Positions 1 to 6,680 of a stretch of DNA of 64,000 bases are shown in pieces. Source of the stretch: a virus; IMG/VR virus record IMGVR_UViG_3300032224_000679, positions 1 to 64,000 of that record; one strand, given 5' to 3'. Position 1 is the stretch's first letter. Each line of letters begins with the position of its first letter. A program made the position numbers and the translations under genes. Below the pieces are notes generated by a model. It was not told the origin of the DNA. It was given only the letters and a program-made list of their open reading frames with translations, and made no database searches.

Positions 1-5
1 AAAAA

Positions 6-416
6 ATGTTTCCAAATTTAGATATAGTTCAAGTCGAAGGATTATCTACTTGTAAAAATTATCAATTAAATAAAACACAAGTAGACAAGATATTCAACGA
101 TATCAACCAACAATTAAAATTTTCAAATATGCATTACCCTGGATCTATATTAGTTATGGATCATGCAAATTTTTTAAAATATCGTTCAGTGTCACAATTA
201 AATCAATTACTCAATGAGTTAACGCAGAACATACAACCTAAAGAAGTTTATATTAGGATGTCTACTGCAACCATGGGAGATTTTAGACTGCACGATAGAA
301 TTAAAGACCTAGTTAATATTGTTCCTGTAAATTACATTACTTCAACGTTTTCTTATTGCAATTCATTATTAACAGCAACTTATAAAATAAAACAGAATTA
401 TAACACAAATGTTTAA
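6..416 (+). CDS. Hypothetical protein, AT-rich (may be 5'-truncated by the window edge)
   Basis: 136-aa ORF whose stop overlaps the gp46-like start; no recognisable motif. Confidence 0.55.
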   Translation: MFPNLDIVQVEGLSTCKNYQLNKTQVDKIFNDINQQLKFSNMHYPGSILVMDHANFLKYRSVSQLNQLLNELTQNIQPKEVYIRMSTATMGDFRLHDRIKDLVNIVPVNYITSTFSYCNSLLTATYKIKQNYNTNV

Positions 417-2181
417 AATAAAATCATTATCAGCTAAAAATTTTATGAGTGTGGGCAATGCCACACAGGGCATAGACTTTGATCGTCGAGACTTAACACT
501 GGTCCTAGGTGAAAACTTAGACTTAGGCGGGGACGACAGCGGTGCTCGTAATGGTACTGGTAAGACTACTATCATCAATGCACTGAGCTATAGTCTGTTT
601 GGACAAGCACTGACCAACATCAAAAAAGATAACTTAATCAATAAAACCAATACTAAAAGTATGTTGGTTACTATTGACTTTGAGTGTGAAGGGCAAAGTT
701 ATAGAATTGAACGTGGGCGTAAACCCAACGTGCTTAAATTTTACATAGGTGATAACGAGCTGGAAAGCAAAGACGATAATAGTCAAGGTGACAGTAGAGA
801 AACCCAAGCAGAGATTGAACGACTGCTTAATATGAGCCACGACATGTTCAAGCATATCGTAGCTCTTAACACTTACACTGAACCGTTTTTAAGTTTAAAA
901 GCCAATGATCAACGTACTATTATTGAACAGCTATTGGGCATTACTATGCTCAGTGACAAAGCAGAGTCTTTAAAAGAACAAAATAAAGCCACTAAAGATG
1001 CTATTCAAAAAGAAGAATTTAGAATCAAAGCAGTAGGCGATGCCAACAAGCGTATACAGGATCAAATTGATGCATTGGTACGTAGACAAGTGTTGTGGCA
1101 GCGTAAAAAGGAAGAAGATTGTGCGGCACTACAGGCTGCGTATGATCAGCTAGCAGAGCTGGACATTGAAGCAGAGCTAGATGCACACAAAGCCTTGGCT
1201 GCATATAATGAAAAGTCTAAAAAGATTGCTGAACTAAATCGCTGGATCAAACAATGTGAAACTGACGAGCGTAGGGAGACCAAACTAGCAGAGCAATTAA
1301 AAACTGAGATCGCTAGTTTAGAAAATCATACTTGTCATAGTTGTGGACAAGCATTCCACGACAGCAAGCAAGAACAGATATTAGAAGACAAACGTAAAAC
1401 CCTGCAAGAAACTGCACTACAGGCATTGGCTACTAATTCACAGTTGTTAGAGCATACCACTGCCCTTACTGAGTTGGGAGAACTGGGCAACAAGCCAACT
1501 ACATTTTATGCTACGGAATTAGATGCTTTTGAACATAGAAGCAGTATGGGATCTGTGCTCACACAGCTAACATCTAAACAGTTGGAAGCAGATCCTTATG
1601 CGGATCAAATCAAAGACATGCAGGAAACTGCTGTTGAAGAAATTACCTACGATATAATCAACGAGCTTACTAGAATCAAAGAGCACCAAGAGTTTTTGCT
1701 TAAATTGTTGACTAACAAAGACAGTTTTATTCGTAAAAAAATTATTGATCAAAACCTAAGTTACTTAAATGCTAGATTAGGATATTATTTGGATCGTATT
1801 GGACTGCCGCATACAGTTAAATTCCAAAATGATTTGACTGTTAGTATTGAAGAACTGGGCCGTGAGCTAGACTTTGATAATTTAAGTAGGGGAGAACGTA
1901 ACAGACTTATACTTTCTCTGTCATGGGCATTCCGTGATGTGTGGGAAAGTTTATATCAACCCATTAACTTGCTGTTCATTGACGAACTTGTTGACAGCGG
2001 TATGGATGCCAGTGGTGTTGAAAATGCATTGGCTATACTTAAAAAGATGAGCCGTGAGGGTAAAAAGTCTGTTTGGTTAGTTAGTCACAAAGATGAGCTA
2101 GCAGGACGAGTTAACAACATCCTCACAGTCGTAAAAGAAAACGGATTCACAAGTTATAACACGGACATAGAAGTTGTTTAA
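409..2181 (+). CDS. Recombination/repair ATPase subunit, T4 gp46 / SbcC / Rad50-like
   Basis: Walker A GARNGTGKTT, coiled coil with central CHSC zinc hook, signature LSRGE, Walker B LLFIDE, H-loop VSH. Confidence 0.95.
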   Translation: MFKIKSLSAKNFMSVGNATQGIDFDRRDLTLVLGENLDLGGDDSGARNGTGKTTIINALSYSLFGQALTNIKKDNLINKTNTKSMLVTIDFECEGQSYRIERGRKPNVLKFYIGDNELESKDDNSQGDSRETQAEIERLLNMSHDMFKHIVALNTYTEPFLSLKANDQRTIIEQLLGITMLSDKAESLKEQNKATKDAIQKEEFRIKAVGDANKRIQDQIDALVRRQVLWQRKKEEDCAALQAAYDQLAELDIEAELDAHKALAAYNEKSKKIAELNRWIKQCETDERRETKLAEQLKTEIASLENHTCHSCGQAFHDSKQEQILEDKRKTLQETALQALATNSQLLEHTTALTELGELGNKPTTFYATELDAFEHRSSMGSVLTQLTSKQLEADPYADQIKDMQETAVEEITYDIINELTRIKEHQEFLLKLLTNKDSFIRKKIIDQNLSYLNARLGYYLDRIGLPHTVKFQNDLTVSIEELGRELDFDNLSRGERNRLILSLSWAFRDVWESLYQPINLLFIDELVDSGMDASGVENALAILKKMSREGKKSVWLVSHKDELAGRVNNILTVVKENGFTSYNTDIEVV

Positions 2182-3277
2182 CTATACTGCTATTGACGAA
2201 TATCAAATTGAAATTACAAGTTACTGTAATGCTGCCTGCCCACAGTGCCCTAGGAATAATCTGGGTGTGGGCATTAATCCTTATATGCCTTTGACGCATT
2301 TACCACGTGCAACTATTGATCAAGCATTTGACACCGAATTGTGTCAGCGGTTAAGACAAGTATTTTTCTGCGGCAGTTATGGTGATCCAATAATGCACCC
2401 AGACTTCTTAGAAATATTACGCGACTTTAGATATAAAAGTCCTACACTGTGGTTGTACATACACACTAATGGCGGAATGCATGATCCTGAATACTGGGCA
2501 GAGATAGCCCGCATCATGAACGGCTATGGGCAAATAGACTTCGGCATTGACGGCTTAGAGGATACTTTACATCTGTACAGAAAGAATGTAAAATACAGCA
2601 CTGCTATTGCTAATGCACAAGCATTTATCAATGTTGGTGGCAGAGCACAATGGAATTTTATTGTTTTTAAACATAACGAACATCAAGTCGAGCAAGTTCA
2701 ACAACTGGGACAAGACATGGGTTTTCACAATGTGTTGATCCGTAAAACTGGAAGATTTTTGAATCACACTACTATGACTGAGTTAGATGCTTGGCCTGTT
2801 GCTAATGCAGAACATGTACTAGAACCACCCAGCAAAGAAGAATATAGAAATCGTAGTATGCAATACTTGCCAGATCTTAAGAAACAATATATCAATATTA
2901 AAGATTACTTTGACACTACACCTATACGTTGTGATGCATTAATGGGCAAGAAAGTTGCCATTAACGCCGAAGGTGTAGTATTACCTTGTAATTTTTTTAA
3001 TCATAACTTGTATGATGTTAGATTTAGAGATGGTGTATTGCCTGGAGCAAATCCATTGAGCACAGTCAATGGCAAAAATCAAGTACGTGAGTTTTTGGAA
3101 AATTACGGGTTAGAAAACTTAAACATACACAATAAAACATTGCCAGAAATATTTGATAATGAGTTTTGGCAGGACCTTGTAGCATCGTTCAATAACAGCA
3201 ACAGACTATTTGAATGTGCCATGACCTGTGGTGAGAAATTTACAAAAGTATGGGATCAAGGAGGATCCAAAAGATGA
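2174..3277 (+). CDS. Radical SAM protein with C-terminal SPASM/twitch-like Cys motifs
   Basis: CNAACPQC (CxxxCxxC), GSYGDP and HTNGG motifs, C-terminal C...GVVLPC...CAMTC; TTG start overlapping the gp46 stop. Confidence 0.88.
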   Translation: MFNYTAIDEYQIEITSYCNAACPQCPRNNLGVGINPYMPLTHLPRATIDQAFDTELCQRLRQVFFCGSYGDPIMHPDFLEILRDFRYKSPTLWLYIHTNGGMHDPEYWAEIARIMNGYGQIDFGIDGLEDTLHLYRKNVKYSTAIANAQAFINVGGRAQWNFIVFKHNEHQVEQVQQLGQDMGFHNVLIRKTGRFLNHTTMTELDAWPVANAEHVLEPPSKEEYRNRSMQYLPDLKKQYINIKDYFDTTPIRCDALMGKKVAINAEGVVLPCNFFNHNLYDVRFRDGVLPGANPLSTVNGKNQVREFLENYGLENLNIHNKTLPEIFDNEFWQDLVASFNNSNRLFECAMTCGEKFTKVWDQGGSKR

Positions 3278-3858
3278 AAATGTTAGTAACAGGTGGTAAT
3301 AGAGGATTAGGACAACATTTAGTAGATGCGTTTGGCGCGGACAGCGCAAGTCGTAGTAATGGATTTGATATCAATCACAACACACATGAAATTGCCGCAC
3401 TGAGTTTGGAATACGATGTGTTTGTGAACAACGCATTTGATGGCCCTCCGCAGGAGTTGTGGGCCGACTTTGGACAAGCACAGATATATTTTGCTGTTTA
3501 CGATGCGTGGAAAACAGCTGGAAAATCTGGTTGGATTATTAATATCGGTAGTTCGGGAGAAAAGCACATTGTTGCGCCTGAACCTAGATTTGAAACGTAT
3601 AGAGTTAGCAAGGCTGCACTAAGTCATGCCAGCAAACAAGGCACACAAGCATTCAAACAAAACTTAGTTCCTTTTAGAACTACATTAATTACATTAGATA
3701 GATTAGACACAGAACTTAGCCGTAGCCGCCCAACATGGACTGGAAATGGCATTAATCTGTCAGATGTTAGCGATTTTATTCATTATGGCACAAAAGTTAG
3801 TACCAATACTTGCATAGAAGAAATAACATTTTATTGTAACTTTGAGTTTAAGGCATAA
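3274..3858 (+). CDS. Short-chain dehydrogenase/reductase (SDR) family protein
   Basis: LVTGGNRGLG (TGxxxGxG), VFVNNA, IINIGS, YRVSK (YxxxK). The ATG at 3274 overlaps the upstream TGA and follows GGAGGA, so the track start at 3250 is too early. Confidence 0.88.
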   Translation: MKMLVTGGNRGLGQHLVDAFGADSASRSNGFDINHNTHEIAALSLEYDVFVNNAFDGPPQELWADFGQAQIYFAVYDAWKTAGKSGWIINIGSSGEKHIVAPEPRFETYRVSKAALSHASKQGTQAFKQNLVPFRTTLITLDRLDTELSRSRPTWTGNGINLSDVSDFIHYGTKVSTNTCIEEITFYCNFEFKA

Positions 3859-3861
3859 TTA
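3856..3861 (+). promoter_or_regulatory. Variant late promoter (TAATTA) 6 nt before the GIY-YIG ATG
   Basis: One mismatch to the TAAATA motif, same spacing to ATG as the other leaderless cases. Confidence 0.45.
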
Positions 3862-3867
3862 TGTTAC

Positions 3868-4296
3868 ATGACATGGATTTATCAAGGAACTACAGTAGAA
3901 TCCCTACCGGAAGATTGTGTGGGGTTTGTCTATTTGATTACAAATAACGTATCGGGTAGAAAATACATCGGTAAAAAACTAGCAAAATTTGCAAAGACAA
4001 CATATAAAGTAGTAAAACTTAAAAACGGAACTAAGAAAAAGAAAAAGATTCGAAGCAAAGTTGACAGCGATTGGCAAGAATATTATGGCTCAAACGATCA
4101 ACTAAACAAAGATGTAGAAACTTTGGGCAAAGAAAATTTTACTAGAGAAATTATATTTTATTGTCGATCAAAAGCAGAATGCAGTTACATAGAAGCAAGA
4201 GAACAGTTTACACACAAGGTATTGGAATCAGCAGACTATTACAACGGACAAATTTCAGTTCGTGTACATGGATCACATATTAAAGACAAATTATAA
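3868..4296 (+). CDS. Small GIY-YIG family endonuclease-like protein
   Basis: GFVYLITN...RKYIGKK, YYGS, conserved E (YIEAREQ) and YYN; 142 aa with a basic insert KLKNGTKKKKKIRSK. Confidence 0.85.
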   Translation: MTWIYQGTTVESLPEDCVGFVYLITNNVSGRKYIGKKLAKFAKTTYKVVKLKNGTKKKKKIRSKVDSDWQEYYGSNDQLNKDVETLGKENFTREIIFYCRSKAECSYIEAREQFTHKVLESADYYNGQISVRVHGSHIKDKL

Positions 4297-5150
4297 TGAA
4301 CAAGTTAATTGTTGTTAATTGGATAGCAGGCACTGCCGGAGATTTAGTAACAGCGTTACTATCAACGAATTCATCGTTTAGAGCTGGGACTAAAAACTTC
4401 GCAGTTAATTCTGCTGGCAGAGTCTCTGTAGACTATGACAACGAAATTTTGCAGTTATTTCCAAAACAACCAAAAACACATTGGTACAACAGAGATTGGG
4501 GCAATGACTTAGATAAACTGTCACAATTACCTTATGATTTTATTATTCAAACTACATCTGAACAACAACTTATCAAATTAAAAAACCATTTTGGTAGCAA
4601 TATAACAACAATTAGTATATCATACGACACAAATTTAAAATTTTGCGTACTGAAGAATTTTTGTAGCAAAGTATTGGACAGCGATGATTATCTAACCAAA
4701 GATGATGTAGGTGAGAATTTTTTAAATGCAGTCAGCAAAACAGAACAACAACGACAACAATTTATTAATTTAGGAAAAAACAGAAAGTTAGGGGAGTGGT
4801 ATTTTAAGCATTATTTAGAAAATGCGTTAAGCTACCCCCCTGAAAAATTTTCAACACCCAGCGACGTAAACTTAAATTTGGACAATATATTAAACGAAAC
4901 AAAATTTTCAACAGAACTAAAAAATTTAAACAACATAGTAGATTTTGAATACAACACAGCATTATCATTTTATCAATCATGGATTAAACTTCAAGACCCG
5001 CTATACACTGCACCCAGCAACTATAAATATAAAGACTTACTAGGCTATAATAAAACTTTCAATATCAGTGATCATCACTTTCTCCCTGACACCACGTCTG
5101 CTTTCAACGATTTATTGATTCAAAATAAATCCAATTTAATTACAATTTAA
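4296..5150 (+). CDS. Hypothetical protein, possibly P-loop/sulfotransferase-like fold
   Basis: N-terminal strand-loop-helix IVVNWIAGTAGDLVTALL; very AT-rich; fold assignment is weak. Confidence 0.55.
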   Translation: MNKLIVVNWIAGTAGDLVTALLSTNSSFRAGTKNFAVNSAGRVSVDYDNEILQLFPKQPKTHWYNRDWGNDLDKLSQLPYDFIIQTTSEQQLIKLKNHFGSNITTISISYDTNLKFCVLKNFCSKVLDSDDYLTKDDVGENFLNAVSKTEQQRQQFINLGKNRKLGEWYFKHYLENALSYPPEKFSTPSDVNLNLDNILNETKFSTELKNLNNIVDFEYNTALSFYQSWIKLQDPLYTAPSNYKYKDLLGYNKTFNISDHHFLPDTTSAFNDLLIQNKSNLITI

Positions 5151-5500
5151 CATTATAGGCACTGTGCTGAGTGTTTGACTCAGCCCCATTGAGGATATGT
5201 GAAATACCATATTCAGACTTGGGCGCCAAAGAACAATGCTAACTTCAGGCATAAATGGTTCGGGCTCTGTGAAACAGATACAACCCGTGCTCGTAGGATT
5301 TGGGTCTATTCCGGATTACTAGGGTTCCGTTGACATGTGAAGCTAGAGTAGGGGGTACAGGTCAACCGCCTCCGCGCTGTAAAGCAATCTCTTTAGAATA
5401 GATGACTGTGCTACTCGGATGATGCACATTTTTCACCCTGTTAGGGTGAATTGTGACCGATTAATCTGGATGATACTATTAATCGCTTTGCTCTTAAAGA
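5151..5500 (+). ncRNA. Candidate large structured non-coding RNA of unknown class
   Basis: ORF-free and more GC-rich than its flanks; many helices (5166-72/5178-84, 5193-99/5208-14, 5304-11/5396-5403, 5432-39/5443-50, 5458-65/5478-85); loop-loop complement GTTGAC/GTCAAC; G-U pairs favour the + strand. Confidence 0.65.
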
Positions 5501-5508
5501 AAAGAAAA

Positions 5509-5554
5509 TAGTACTGAGCGATAGCGAAAGTACTGGACCTTGCGTAGCAAGTCC
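5509..5554. other. Two adjacent compact hairpins with GC-GATA-GC and GC-GTA-GC caps
   Basis: TAGTACT..GCGATAGC..AGTACTG and GGAC-C-TTGC-GTA-GCAA-GTCC at the convergence of two transcription units. Confidence 0.5.
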
Positions 5555-5773
5555 TTAAAAGAATGGCAATCCTGTTTCTTTAGCAACGTCTAAGTTCTCA
5601 GTGATCATATCATTAATAAGTTCTCTATCATGATAACTAGTTGTCCATGCTTCTTCTAATGACATGCCACCTCTCATATACCAACACATTTTAATTAATG
5701 ATTTCTTTAAGGCTTTTGACTCATTATCTAATTGTTTGAGCCATTCAACGACTTCCTCATTGGATAAAGTCAA
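5555..5773 (-). CDS. Small baseplate-hub/tail assembly chaperone segment (T4 gp51-like), probably the -1 frameshift extension of the upstream gene
   Basis: 72-aa ORF with TTG start and no clear SD; lies in the -1 frame of the gp26-like gene. Confidence 0.65.
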   Translation of the reverse strand: MTLSNEEVVEWLKQLDNESKALKKSLIKMCWYMRGGMSLEEAWTTSYHDRELINDMITENLDVAKETGLPFF

Positions 5774-5778
5774 AAGCC

Positions 5779-6624
5779 TTAGCCGAAAAAACTTGATAGT
5801 TCAAATCTCAATGGTGCTGTGTAGTTTTTCATGCATGGTTCATTTTCGCAGTGTACTGGAATATTTTTCAGTGCATCAGCTTCGCCAATTTCAGTAATTC
5901 TATCTCTAACTGCATGCCATATGGGCCTATCACAATTTGCAAAAAACTCAGTGAGTTGTGCAGGATCTGATACCACTAGTCCGTCGGGCATTTTTATTCC
6001 TGCTACATTATTGGATACTTGTTTTACAGTCATATCTAATACACTACGAAACAGTTGATTAAATTTTATTAGTTTCTCAGTTTCGGAAATAGATTCGTTT
6101 TGTACAACCGACAGTAATCTTTGCTCCTCATATGATTTCATACTAGCACGGTTAAAGTCCAAGAAACTCAAAGGTTTTAAATAAATTTCTAAATCTTCTA
6201 CTAATATAGGTGTGTCAAAATCTGGACATTTAATTGTGTTTAATAAAAATTCTAGATCTGCTGCATGATCATTTTTGCTTCCACAGTGTGGGCATACACT
6301 GACAAATTCCATACGATTTCCGTAGGTAGCAATTCTTATAGCAATTAATATACTATCTAAGTCTGTGCTGGGAATTTTCCAAGCATCTTTAATAGCAGGG
6401 CAGCAACTTTGAATTACATCCACAGTACTTTGACCATTTAACAGTGCGTCAGGTGTTTTGCTGGCCAGTTCGTCTCTAGCAGTCATAGCATAAACTGGCA
6501 ATTCCCCAGTTACTGGTAATTCAACGCCACCTGCCCACCATTTACCCCCACTGGGTAGTTTTAAGTGTAGTTGGGGCTGTCTAAAGTATTTTGTTAACGG
6601 GTTTGAATGAGTTTGGTCCACCAT
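5779..6624 (-). CDS. Baseplate hub assembly protein, T4 gp26-like
   Basis: LKLPSGG, MTARDE, DLDSILIAIRIATYG, CPHC and C-terminal CxxxxC, ends in SSFFG; position next to the tape-measure-like gene. Confidence 0.8.
   Translation of the reverse strand: MVDQTHSNPLTKYFRQPQLHLKLPSGGKWWAGGVELPVTGELPVYAMTARDELASKTPDALLNGQSTVDVIQSCCPAIKDAWKIPSTDLDSILIAIRIATYGNRMEFVSVCPHCGSKNDHAADLEFLLNTIKCPDFDTPILVEDLEIYLKPLSFLDFNRASMKSYEEQRLLSVVQNESISETEKLIKFNQLFRSVLDMTVKQVSNNVAGIKMPDGLVVSDPAQLTEFFANCDRPIWHAVRDRITEIGEADALKNIPVHCENEPCMKNYTAPLRFELSSFFG
5785..5791 (-). other. Candidate -1 ribosomal frameshift site T TTT TTC
   Basis: X XXY YYZ heptamer one codon before the stop; the -1 frame runs open into ORF 5555..5773. 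Confidence 0.6.
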
Positions 6625-6637
6625 ATTTTGATTCCAA

Positions 6638-6654
6638 TAAATATACTATACTTA
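6638..6654. promoter_or_regulatory. Overlapping divergent late promoters (TAAATA on +, TAAGTA on -)
   Basis: TAAATA 6638-6643 (+) and TACTTA 6649-6654 (TAAGTA on -) in the 56-bp gap between divergent genes. Confidence 0.6.
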
Positions 6655-6680
6655 TCTGGATTTTAACCCAATTTTAAATT

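Noticed and set aside
5151-5554. RNase P RNA, tmRNA, tRNA or group I/II intron as the identity of the structured element
   Set aside because: Fragments such as GTTCGGGCTC and AGAATAGATGACTG vaguely recall RNase P, but GAGGAAAGUCC and a correctly placed 3' ACAGAA..CGGCUUA are missing. There are no tRNA-like ends or tag ORF, no domain V or P7 motifs, and no interrupted gene
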